This document shows, in pieces, positions 45,671 through 55,018 of a stretch of DNA of 64,000 nucleotides. The position numbers were made by a program, and so were the translations under genes. The DNA comes from Savitreella phatthalungensis. Lineage: Eukaryota. The stretch's first letter is position 1, and each line of letters starts with the position of its first letter. The stretch is taken from positions 186,001 to 250,000 of the forward strand of contig AP039709.1 of NCBI GenBank assembly GCA_051599415.1, given 5' to 3'. The notes under the pieces were generated by a model. The model saw nothing but the letters and a program-made list of their open reading frames with translations. It made no database searches and was not told the origin of the DNA.

Positions 45671-46792
45671 TTACACATGCTTGCCCCGCGACTTGATTGT
45701 CAAACAGTTGATGTCGAGAAAGCGGCAGAATGCTGAGATCGTGCCCAGTGCCCAATGTAAATACATGGCCAATGTAACTGCTAGTGTGACATAGATGAGA
45801 ACCAGCTCCTGTGAATGTGTCAGGCCTGGTAGACCGATTAGAGGTGCATTGACGACGACACATCCGACAAAAGTTGTCAGCATGATAGTCGAGCCGATCG
45901 GATAGGGCTTGTGGAGAAGGTGGGCTAGGATCGCCTGAGTAGTCATCTGCCCAAAGACGAGACAGCTCTGTAGTGCCCACAGGACGAGGTGATTGTGAGC
46001 CAGGATGTGGCCGAAAGGCGAGGTCGCCCAGAACCAGCTCGATGCGGTGAATGCGAGCAAGGGCAGCCACTCGACCAGCCTGACCTGTTTGCCCGCAGCT
46101 CTGACATTCCAAACACAACCCGGAACGTGGACGAAGAAGAGAGCGACGAGCACATTGCCGACGAAGATGTCGCGCCAGATGAGGCTGCCAAATCCGGTGG
46201 GCTCCAGCCAAATCTGTGGCCCAAGCACAGCAGAGACTAGCATGACGCCGCAAGCTATCAAAATGCCTTCCGTGGGCCCGTTGATGAAGCCGAGGTAGAG
46301 AACACCGGTATGTGCCTGTTCCCAGGTGGAGAAGTACATCGGCCACGCAGACACGAGGGTGAAGAAGGCACCAAGTCTGGTACTGCCAAGCCCAAGAGTG
46401 ACGACCATGAGCAGTCCAGCGAGGGTGCAGTTTAGAGAGTCGACGCCGTGATCGAACAGCTCACCTAAGGGCGAGCTCGTCCCGGTGCGCCGCGCCTGCT
46501 TCCCGTCGCAATTGTCGAATGTTTGATAGAGGAAGAGCCCAGCGGCCATGGAATAGTAGAGCCAGCTCGGGCCAGGTCCGACCAGGTCAGGTACAAGGAG
46601 CTCGACAAGCACCAAATTGCCTACGACGAAGGCTAGACCGGTGAGGGTGATCAGGTTTGGAGCGTACCATGTCGGAAAAAGGCTTGTGCACCAGGTCCAG
46701 AAAGGATTCAAGATGTAGTAAGATGTCGGCGACTTGTCGATCGATCTGTACTTGTACTCCGACAGCACGCGCAAGTCATCATCCGTCAACAT
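45671..46792 (-). CDS. Choline/ethanolamine phosphotransferase (Cpt1/Ept1 family)
   Basis: YKYRSID, APNLITLTG, DNCDGKQARRTGTSSPLGELFDHGVD CDP-alcohol phosphotransferase motif, NGPTEG. First in-frame ATG at 46792. Confidence 0.93.
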   Translation of the reverse strand: MLTDDDLRVLSEYKYRSIDKSPTSYYILNPFWTWCTSLFPTWYAPNLITLTGLAFVVGNLVLVELLVPDLVGPGPSWLYYSMAAGLFLYQTFDNCDGKQARRTGTSSPLGELFDHGVDSLNCTLAGLLMVVTLGLGSTRLGAFFTLVSAWPMYFSTWEQAHTGVLYLGFINGPTEGILIACGVMLVSAVLGPQIWLEPTGFGSLIWRDIFVGNVLVALFFVHVPGCVWNVRAAGKQVRLVEWLPLLAFTASSWFWATSPFGHILAHNHLVLWALQSCLVFGQMTTQAILAHLLHKPYPIGSTIMLTTFVGCVVVNAPLIGLPGLTHSQELVLIYVTLAVTLAMYLHWALGTISAFCRFLDINCLTIKSRGKHV

Positions 46793-46990
46793 TGGCAAAT
46801 GTCGAGATGTCAAAGTTTGATGTCAACCATGGTTGCCGAAAAGATGAGTGGTTCACGCGAAGTACGTCAGGCCCAGACTTTGTCTTTTCTCTTCTTCCTG
46901 TTTTTTTTTCTGTCACACTTTTCAGGTCTCTCGTGAAGGGGTGTTCATTCTATGCTAGTGCTCTGGATTACGCCTAAAGTATCGGCGACC

Positions 46991-47317
46991 TTATGCGGTG
47001 GCCTCCTTGAGGTAGGTGATGAGGTCGTTCCTGTCCTTCTCCTTCTTCAGACCACCGAAAGCCATCTTGGTTCCAGGAATGTACTTCTTTGGGTTCTCGA
47101 GGTACTCGAACAGGGTGTTGTCGTCCCAGTGCACGGCTGCCTTCTTGTTTGCGTCCGTGTAGGAGAAGCCGTCGACAGTTCCTGACTGACGGCCGAAGAG
47201 ACCGTGGAGGTTGGGGCCGACCTTGTTGCCGCCTCCGTTCTCAAGGGTGTGGCACTGAGCGCAACGAGTCTTGAAGAGCGTTGCACCCTTGTCCTTGTTT
47301 CCTGCACTGACGCCCAT
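46991..47317 (-). CDS. CYC1: Cytochrome c
   Basis: CAQCH heme motif, [28 protein letters not shown]. Confidence 0.99.
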   Translation of the reverse strand: MGVSAGNKDKGATLFKTRCAQCHTLENGGGNKVGPNLHGLFGRQSGTVDGFSYTDANKKAAVHWDDNTLFEYLENPKKYIPGTKMAFGGLKKEKDRNDLITYLKEATA

Positions 47318-47319
47318 GA

Positions 47320-47431
47320 CTGTATATGTGTAAGAGTGTGTGTTGGAGTATGTGTATGTGGGTGGGAGTCAAATATGAGTTGTACTGTCGAGTAGATAAA
47401 GTACAATTTGATGTCGTCCCAGTGAGCTTAC
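47320..47431 (-). other. Candidate 112-nt intron in the cytochrome c 5' leader
   Basis: Minus strand GTAAGC donor, CTTAC branch-like site, TACAG acceptor 2 nt before the ATG. Confidence 0.4.
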
Positions 47432-48042
47432 AACGAAGAGATTCTAAGTGGCCCGAAAGTTCCGGTGTGAAAGAGAGTAGTAAGCTGAGGTGAGAAACGT
47501 CGAATTGCACCGAGTCTAAGTTTTTCCAATTTTTCTTCTCTGCGATGGACCACTCAAACCCCCTCCTGAGGGCTCCCCCTTTCACTTCCTTGCCTTTCTG
47601 TCATTGATTCATTCATTCATACTAAGATCTGTAAAATCCTTCGATTCCATAGACCACGCTCAGATTAGAGATCTCAAATTTTAACTTCGAGTCGAAAATT
47701 GGATTCTTATTTCGCCGCATTCACCATTGGCTGACGGAATATCATCGTCATGCGCAGTCTGTCTCATTCAGACGACCGAATGACCGAGCGACGGAGGAAT
47801 TCGGGACCCCCGATTCCGAGATCCATCCAAGTTCCAATTGAGAATTTTGATGCACGGAACTTATGCAGCCAACCGAGTCTCCAAATATCGAATGAAGCAG
47901 CCCTGGAAATGCATACGTCAAGAGGCTCCAACCAGATCTGAGTGGTGAATATTGCATCTCGAACAGCGTTGCATGTCGAATCGCCGTGCAGAAACATCAT
48001 ACAGGTGATCGTCATCGATCGTTCAGGAATTGTGAAGTCTGC

Positions 48043-48221
48043 ATGGCTGATGTTAGCTCATCGCTGGTGATGGCTGGATCATGGTCGATCACAGCCGATG
48101 ATGGGTGAATGCTCGATCGTCGCAGAAAATGGCTGAATCATGCTCGATCGTTGCCAGTGACGGCTGAACAATGCTCGATCATCACTGATGACGGCTGACC
48201 TATGCTCGATCAACGCTGAGC
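48043..48221. repeat. Degenerate ~31-bp minisatellite, 5 copies plus 1 decayed
   Basis: Units start at 48043, 48070, 48101, 48129, 48160 and 48191. Core AYGGCTGA-N(0-3)-ATGCTCGATC. Confidence 0.85.
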
Positions 48222-49255
48222 AACACCAGCCGTAGTAGTCGCACTCTGTCGCAGGATCGGATGCTCTCCAGACAGTGCCACTCGATGCGCTTCCGGTCGA
48301 CGCGTAAGATCAGTTGATTTCAGTATGACCCATTGCTGAGTAAGTCTGCACAGGTGATCCATGCCAGCTGCCATTGTCTCGTCCAAAGTACGTAGGGGAT
48401 TCATTTCGTGTGCACCGCAGAGCGTGTGTGCGTGAAATGGAATCGTGATGGCAGACGCGCCTTGTCATATACTCTGACGAATGCTAGACTTGCAGATCAT
48501 ATGACCTAGGGGGTCGAGACCTCGCCCTTGAGACACAGTACGTCGTGCAGGCTGATCGGCCACATGGAGTAACCAATAACATCAATCGATGGAGATCCTG
48601 GTAGATCTTCCTCTCGACAATTGATTCGAATGCCCTTTGTAGCTGACTGCATTTACAGCTTCTAGCCTTCTATTCCCCACCACCTTTCTCTTAGCTTTTC
48701 CTAGTTTTACTGCCGGCATCTCTAGCCTTTTTGTCTCGGTTGATGGACGAATTAGGAAATCTGTCTCTTTCCAGCATATCCACGTGAGATCGAATCATCT
48801 TCATTAGATTCAGTCATAGATGTGGAAGGAAAATAATTCCTCAGTGTGCTTCGATTTCGTAGCGCTCCTTTGAGCGAGGGATTGTGAGCTCACCCACAAA
48901 GGACAATTAACTGATGGGACCAGATTAGCAAGAAGAGGGGCCGCTTGCAGGAATTGTCCGCGCTTGCATCAACGCCCTTTCATATCGTCTATCAAGCGAG
49001 CACGTCGCGTGGCAGGGCTATGCGTGCGTGCGCGCGTGGGTAGAGCGTCATCTATCAACGCAGTTGTCGTTTGTCTTGCCATCAATGGAGACATCCGTGC
49101 GCGTGTGTGCGCTTTGGGTTCTTTAGTCTTATCTTGTCTCTTTGTCGTGTCATGAGTGGGAGGAGCACACAAGGTGGAGACAGAGTTTGCTCATCATCGC
49201 TATAAGAGCTTACACGCATGCCACCATTGTATTCCACATACATACCCTGTTTCCA

Positions 49256-49513
49256 ATGTCTACCATTCCATTCAGCGCTACCAATGCTATGGCAGACGCC
49301 CTGGTGAAGCAAGGCATCGAGACGCTCATCCTGAGCAGTACTAAAGCAATCGTGTCGCCGAAGATCTCGCTGGCACACAAACTCACGACATATCTACTCA
49401 AGAGTGCGTGGATTGTTGAGCTTTTCACAGCACTCTACGTCTTCAGGCGGATTCACAGGGAGATCCTGTCTGCACGAAACCATTTCAAGCCAGCGTGTAC
49501 GATCGAGGCATGA
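49256..49513 (+). CDS. Hypothetical 85-aa protein with one hydrophobic segment
   Basis: TATAAG at 49201, ATG at 49256, segment YLLKSAWIVELFTALYVF followed by RR. Confidence 0.4.
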   Translation: MSTIPFSATNAMADALVKQGIETLILSSTKAIVSPKISLAHKLTTYLLKSAWIVELFTALYVFRRIHREILSARNHFKPACTIEA

Positions 49514-49770
49514 ACTCAACAACTATGAATACGAACACGAACCTGAACACGAATACGAACGCTACAACCATGCCTTCTTCTTCTTCCACCGTCGCCACTT
49601 CATCCTCGGGCATCGGCTGGCTAGTCATTTGCATTATCCTCGTGCCTATCGGCTACACCGTCTTTGTGTTGATACGGCTCATGCACAGGCTGCTGAGTCG
49701 CGCCACCAAGTCGAGCAAATCCGCGGCTTCCAAAAATCTTCAGCCGCAAGCTCAGCAAGGCACGGTGTGA
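49510..49770 (+). CDS. Hypothetical 86-aa type III single-pass membrane protein
   Basis: N/T/S-rich N-terminus with NST and NAT sequons, TM IGWLVICIILVPIGYTVFVLI, basic tail. ATG overlaps the previous stop (ATGA). Confidence 0.55.
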   Translation: MNSTTMNTNTNLNTNTNATTMPSSSSTVATSSSGIGWLVICIILVPIGYTVFVLIRLMHRLLSRATKSSKSAASKNLQPQAQQGTV

Positions 49771-49810
49771 GATGACTTTGATTTATTATGTATATGGGAA
49801 AATATGACAT

Positions 49811-51157
49811 TCATGACATGCTTTTGAGTTTGCCTGCCGTGATGAAACCGAGAGAAGCTTCGATTGCGAGGAACCAGAACGCAATGCCTACGCATCCGTG
49901 ATTTTGACCCCAGGCCAGCAGCGTGGATGCCGATAGGGGTCCGATGACACGTGAGAGGGAGGAAAGCGATTGGCCGAGTCCGTTGACAGCACCGAGTTGA
50001 GTGGGATCTTCGCAACTGTCGTTCAAGAGGACAACACTGCAAGGTCCGACAAATGTACGAGCCAAGACGGCAAGGAAGGTGAGGGGGAAAATCAATGCCC
50101 ATGCAAGGGTCCCTCTGTGTCCGAGGCGGGAGAGAAATGGTGTGACAACATACGCTATCACGAACACAGGCATACCCCAGCGGTAACAGCCCATCGTCCC
50201 GACCTTGTCCTGAACGCGTGGAAAAACGAACAGCTGTAGGATAATGCCGATCCCACCAGCAACTGAGATGACCATACCAACTTGAGACGCGGTGAAGCCG
50301 AGACCGCCAGTGAACGAGAGCAGTCCAGATGACTGACCGACAGGGAGCGAGAGGAATATCGGCAGGAGCTGCATATGAGATGACACATGTAGCGGCAGCA
50401 GTGCAAATGCGAATAAAGTCCATCGGACAAGCGGCGTCAATAGACGAGTTCTCGAACGATGTGACTCTCCCTCTGCCACGAGCTCATACCCACCAGCCGG
50501 GTGAGTCAGTGTCTCACGCAGCAAGGCCCATGCCAGTAGCCACGAGTTCAGCAGAATCGCAGCACTAGCCAAATTTGGCAGAGCAAATGGATAACGCTCG
50601 AAAAAGTTCGTGAGGCCCAATGTCGAGACCAGCCACCTGAGAGACGAGTTCGGTGAGTTCGGCTCAGACAAAAATCCCCCAAGTATCGGACCAACAATAC
50701 TTCCGATATTGAAGCACATGGGAAGGATGAGGAAAGCCCTGCCGCGATTCGGTCCTTTTGGTACGATCTCACTGACCATCGTGCGCATGACGCCGACATT
50801 TCCGTTCAAAAGGCCCGCAATGAAGCGGGCGAGCACGACGTGGACCAGCTTAGAGCTCAAAGCGAGAGCCACGGATGCGACGACCGTGCCCGCTGTTCCG
50901 ATCATGATCACTGGTTTTCTGCCAATTCGATCGCTCGTCTTTCCCCAGAATGCGCCCGAACAGAACTGACCGAGGGCGAAAGAGACTGCAACATAGCCTG
51001 CTCTTGCAGAGAGTACGCTCGGTGATGCATCTGGGTCGAATGATCGCAAGAGATAGTATAGATATGAGAGGATTGATGTATTGGCCAGTGGCTCGGCAAA
51101 TCTGCACAATGCCAATACCACGAGCTGATCTTTATTCTGCAGCCCTCTCCAGGACAT
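49811..51157 (-). CDS. MFS transporter (YCR023C/ZIF-like)
   Basis: LALCRFAEP, WGKTSDRIGRKPV, ARFIAGLLNGNVGVMRTMVSEI, YPFALPNL. First ATG at 51157. Confidence 0.9.
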   Translation of the reverse strand: MSWRGLQNKDQLVVLALCRFAEPLANTSILSYLYYLLRSFDPDASPSVLSARAGYVAVSFALGQFCSGAFWGKTSDRIGRKPVIMIGTAGTVVASVALALSSKLVHVVLARFIAGLLNGNVGVMRTMVSEIVPKGPNRGRAFLILPMCFNIGSIVGPILGGFLSEPNSPNSSLRWLVSTLGLTNFFERYPFALPNLASAAILLNSWLLAWALLRETLTHPAGGYELVAEGESHRSRTRLLTPLVRWTLFAFALLPLHVSSHMQLLPIFLSLPVGQSSGLLSFTGGLGFTASQVGMVISVAGGIGIILQLFVFPRVQDKVGTMGCYRWGMPVFVIAYVVTPFLSRLGHRGTLAWALIFPLTFLAVLARTFVGPCSVVLLNDSCEDPTQLGAVNGLGQSLSSLSRVIGPLSASTLLAWGQNHGCVGIAFWFLAIEASLGFITAGKLKSMS

Positions 51158-51551
51158 CTTTTCCCTATACCCCACGCGAGGTCTTCAAGACGATACCATC
51201 CGACACTGATGATCTGCGCAGGATCCAAACTGTGCCTATCCACAATCTCTTCTACACATGAACATCATCATCCTGGGTCATTAAGCGAGGGTCGACTCTG
51301 ATTGGCGGGCATCAAACTATTCTATAATATCAAATCCACACGGCTGTGCATCCATTACTACCATACGCGTGCTGGTCAGATTCAACTCGTTTTCAATTCA
51401 AGCATTTGATAGCCAAGCGATTCCACATGGTAGCAATTCCAGGTGGGTGAATGGACTCGATCTTCAATCATGCTACACTAAACCTAATCTACGACTAGAA
51501 ACGACAACAGTCTTCAATCGGTCGATCCTTTGAGCTTCTTTCAAGCTGACC

Positions 51552-52490
51552 ATGGGAGAGGTTCCAGGCCTGAAGATGGCGGTGAGGAAGCGCTCGCGAA
51601 CTCCTTGTGAGGAATGCAGACAAGCGCACAGATACTGCAAACACAGAGACATTATATCGAAGCCAGTCAATAAAACAGCCTTGCTTGCGCCCAAGATCTC
51701 AACAACGCTCTCGAACAAGTCGCTCATGGTATCGCTGCTCGCTCCCACGAAAGCATTCAACTGGTTACAGCTACACGTTAACGATCGCGCATGGGCAGAT
51801 GTGCTCGGTGATGCCGTCCTCGACAATGATTCCGTCTTTCACGCCTTCATGAGTTTCAGACTCGCGCTGATCCAAGGGAAAAGCGCAGCTCAAGACGTTG
51901 AGTTTCTCAGTCATCAGCAATTGGCAATCGCCGGCCTAGCACAAAAGGTGACATGTCTGGATGGTTCAGAACTTCTGCGACAGTACTGCTTCATGACATG
52001 TGCCTTGCTGGCCATCTCCTCTGTCTGCTCGGGTGAGAAGTATGACACTTTCAAGCAGCATGCTCACGGCATTCGAGCTATCCTTGAAGGACCTGAGAAG
52101 CGAACAGACATGGGGCTGCGCGTTCGCGGATCTTCGCATGAGGCCTCCCTGCCAATCACGGTTGATGTCGGTGTCTCGAAACGCAACCAGCTTCTGCTTG
52201 ACACCTTCCGAGAAGCGTATCCGGGAGTTGACGAGGTCAGGGTCCTCTCATGGAAAGAAGATGCCGGCACACCTGTCCATCTTTGTCGAGTGGCCATGTA
52301 TGCCTTTGACCTCGCCAAGCGGCCGGGGAAGCTCGATCGTCAGCAGGAGGCAATCAATCTACTACACGGTCTTGGCGCCTATCGGACGTGTGCTTCTTTC
52401 AAGCGCATTGATACGGACGAGCCATTCCTCATTGCCGTGCAAGAGGCTGTCTACGACATTTTGGTCTCCCTCGCTAGTGCGCGGGATTGA
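51552..52490 (+). CDS. Putative transcription factor with partial Zn2Cys6-like motif
   Basis: RKRSRTPCEECRQAHRYCKH, then a helical region resembling fungal TF middle domains (VFHAFMSF, QLAIAGL, FKQHAHG). Confidence 0.55.
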   Translation: MGEVPGLKMAVRKRSRTPCEECRQAHRYCKHRDIISKPVNKTALLAPKISTTLSNKSLMVSLLAPTKAFNWLQLHVNDRAWADVLGDAVLDNDSVFHAFMSFRLALIQGKSAAQDVEFLSHQQLAIAGLAQKVTCLDGSELLRQYCFMTCALLAISSVCSGEKYDTFKQHAHGIRAILEGPEKRTDMGLRVRGSSHEASLPITVDVGVSKRNQLLLDTFREAYPGVDEVRVLSWKEDAGTPVHLCRVAMYAFDLAKRPGKLDRQQEAINLLHGLGAYRTCASFKRIDTDEPFLIAVQEAVYDILVSLASARD

Positions 52491-52577
52491 ACACACAACC
52501 AGCAGATGAATTATTAGAGAAACGCACGTATACGTAGATTTGACGAACTTGACGACCTTAACGAGCGTGAAGTGAAG

Positions 52578-53204
52578 ATGGATGCCGCAGAGAAGGCCCG
52601 TTTGCGTCGAGAGAAGATGCAAAAGTCGTCTGAAGCCCGGATGGCCAAGATCCTGGGAGTCGAACAGAATCGCGTCGCGCCAGCACTGGAGTCTCCAGTC
52701 ACTTCTCCCACGCCAAAAGTCCAGCAGCAGGTCACTCGCACGGATGATGATCCACCTGAGGTAGACATATCGGGCAGCTCCCATGCAGGACAAACTTTCG
52801 AGCTGCCCCCCGGCTTCAACTTTGCACAGCAAACGCAGCAAAGAACTCATGTGTCGATGGCGAAACGTACGCTCCCATGGACGGCAATCCATCTGACGAT
52901 CATCATCACACTGGCAATGCTCAATCCAAAGAGTCTCTTCACCTATTGGCTACAGATTGAAGCCATTCTTCAAGTCTCACGATACTTCATCGACGGTCCG
53001 GTGGTCGGTGGCACGCTGAGCAGTCTCGCGTCTATGCTTCCTCCGCCTTGGTCTACCTATCTGGGCGCACTTGCCCGCTACAGTCTCATTTACACCACTC
53101 TTCGCGACGATCTTTGCGTGCTCGTGGTAGCCATGTACGTCCGTCATCTGATCAATCGCGTCGGAGGTATCGGTACGCCTTCTTCTGTTGTTCGAGCACC
53201 ATGA
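52578..53204 (+). CDS. GET2: GET pathway receptor Get2/CAML-like
   Basis: N-terminal ARLRREK...RMAKILG motif and hydrophobic C-terminal half. Confidence 0.65.
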   Translation: MDAAEKARLRREKMQKSSEARMAKILGVEQNRVAPALESPVTSPTPKVQQQVTRTDDDPPEVDISGSSHAGQTFELPPGFNFAQQTQQRTHVSMAKRTLPWTAIHLTIIITLAMLNPKSLFTYWLQIEAILQVSRYFIDGPVVGGTLSSLASMLPPPWSTYLGALARYSLIYTTLRDDLCVLVVAMYVRHLINRVGGIGTPSSVVRAP

Positions 53205-53997
53205 ATGTGACGATGGTATGGGGTCCAAGTCTGATGAACGATGGTGCAAACCCGCGGAAGGCAAACGCCCACCCGTCGTTAGCTACGGACCACCGCACGA
53301 CTTCCGAGATGGAACGTCGTGTTTTGCCGGACATGATTCGCGTCTTGATGACGTCGAAGGGCGAGCACACCGTTGTCGCGACAAAGCCTGCCATCAAGGA
53401 TGCCGAAAAGTGGCATACGAGGCCTTCTTCCATGAGCTTGGAATTGAGGAGCATTCCCTTGAAAGCATCATAGCTCGCGAGCTGCGAAGCTGTCATGAGC
53501 ACACCGCGCATGCAATTCGGCCCGGCGCCCCGAAACCACGATCCGATCCCTTCCTCCCTTGCCATCCGTATCAATCCGTCGATAGCATGTTTGTAGTTCC
53601 TCCGCTTCTCGAGCGGCAATGTCTGGTCGTTCTGCATGCGCACATTGAGGATGTCTGCCGGATTACCGACCAACGCACCGGCGAGGCCACTCACACAGGC
53701 GAGCACGACGAGCACCGGTGCGGAAGGTGTTGTGCCATCGCCCTGCACCCTGCCTTTGAGTTCCTCATACACGCCAAAGCGTGTGGTCGAATATGTCGCC
53801 TGACGCAGCAGGCTTGCCGACAAGCCTGCGTAAAGCTTGCGAAACCCCTCGTTCCGCAAAACGTCGACGATTGTGCCCAAGAAGCCCCGACTGCTGCCCA
53901 TCTGCATCCTCACCTTGGCCAGATCAAGTGGGTGCGTGACGGCCGCAGCAGCCATCGACGACGACCCGCCCAGCCAGAAGGGATACTTCTCGGGCAT
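53152..53997 (-). CDS. DIC1: Mitochondrial dicarboxylate carrier
   Basis: YPFWLGG, THPLDLAKVRMQ, GLSASLLRQATYSTTRFG, RRNYKHAIDG, PSFIRLGPHT. Confidence 0.95.
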   Translation of the reverse strand: MPEKYPFWLGGSSSMAAAAVTHPLDLAKVRMQMGSSRGFLGTIVDVLRNEGFRKLYAGLSASLLRQATYSTTRFGVYEELKGRVQGDGTTPSAPVLVVLACVSGLAGALVGNPADILNVRMQNDQTLPLEKRRNYKHAIDGLIRMAREEGIGSWFRGAGPNCMRGVLMTASQLASYDAFKGMLLNSKLMEEGLVCHFSASLMAGFVATTVCSPFDVIKTRIMSGKTRRSISEVVRWSVANDGWAFAFRGFAPSFIRLGPHTIVTFMVLEQQKKAYRYLRRD

Positions 53998-54093
53998 CCC
54001 GACCGGACCTTAAGGCATTTACGAAAACACGCCTTTTACGATTAAAATCAGATGACGAAACCTCTCAGGCTGTGACCTATCGACCTAGAACTG

Positions 54094-54678
54094 ATGCTCA
54101 GGAACGCGCGCTCCTCAAGAACAGGTTTGTTCTACGGCTTGGCAACGCTCAGTGGTGTTCTAGGTTTGTCGTATGCCGCAGTGCCTATGTACAAGGCGTA
54201 CTGCCAGAAGACAGGCTTTGGAGGTACACCGAACACGGACGAAGGCAAGTTGACAAGTGATAGGATGGTGCCGCAGGGCGACAAGCGCATTCGTGTCACC
54301 TTCAACTCACAGGTATCTGATGCACTGCAGTGGAAGTTCACCCCGCAACAGCGTAGCATCTCCGTGCTGCCTGGCGAAACCGCACTCGCATTCTACACAG
54401 CCACCAACTTCTCAAAGGAGGACATCATCGGCATCGCTACCTATAACGTCACTCCGGACTTTGCAGCACCTTACTTCTCAAAAGTGCAGTGCTTCTGCTT
54501 CGATGAGCAAAAGCTGAACGCAGGGGAGTCTGTCGATATGCCGGTGTTCTTCTTCTTAGATCCAGATCTGCTCGATAACCCTCGGATGCGGGATGTCGAC
54601 CTGATCACTCTCAGCTATACCTTCTTCAAGGCGAGATACGACAACAATGGCAGAGTTTTGATGCCTGCGACTGCTTGA
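54094..54678 (+). CDS. COX11: Cytochrome c oxidase copper chaperone Cox11
   Basis: SYAAVPMY..YC..TGFGG, PGETALAFY, KVQCFCFDEQ, DMPVFFF.DP, TLSYTFF. Confidence 0.97.
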   Translation: MLRNARSSRTGLFYGLATLSGVLGLSYAAVPMYKAYCQKTGFGGTPNTDEGKLTSDRMVPQGDKRIRVTFNSQVSDALQWKFTPQQRSISVLPGETALAFYTATNFSKEDIIGIATYNVTPDFAAPYFSKVQCFCFDEQKLNAGESVDMPVFFFLDPDLLDNPRMRDVDLITLSYTFFKARYDNNGRVLMPATA

Positions 54679-54740
54679 GGTCGTGAAATGACGTCGCTCG
54701 CAACTCGTCGATTTTTTTTTGCAAAGGCCTGAGCACAAGC

Positions 54741-54860
54741 CCGCCCATGCTTCAGGCGAGGAGAGTGTAGGCCGCGTCAATGTCGGCAGCCTCGAAGTTC
54801 AACGGGCGAAAGTCTCGCTCGGTTGACGCAGTGAGGAGCTTGCAAATGTTCTTGGCTTGA
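54741..54860 (-). pseudogene. Inverted, disabled copy of the first ~37 codons of the SWIRM gene
   Basis: Reverse complement aligns without gaps to 55012-55131 (99/120 identical by manual count). ATG is changed to AAG and TTC to TGA. Confidence 0.8.
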
Positions 54861-55018
54861 GGCTCTCCGATGGCCTCAGTTAGCCTCGTATAGAGATGCC
54901 GACGAGATGGAGCCTCGTTGCCGACTTTTGCTACTGCGACCTCATACTCCAGCTTTTGCAGAAGTCCACTAAGGGTATAAGATAGGTCGACCGGTCGACT
55001 TACCCAAAGCATCAAGCC

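Noticed and set aside
46805..46820. CTT-TGA-C resembling the RF2 +1 frameshift site
   Set aside because: Reaching the main frame needs a -1/+2 shift rather than +1, and there is no -1 slippery heptamer.
48043..48221. CRISPR-like repeat/spacer appearance
   Set aside because: Eukaryotic context, degenerate repeats, ~10-nt linkers that resemble each other, no cas genes.
54000..54093. Rsm22-Cox11 fusion as in fission yeast
   Set aside because: In-frame stop at 54073, and DIC1 occupies the upstream space.
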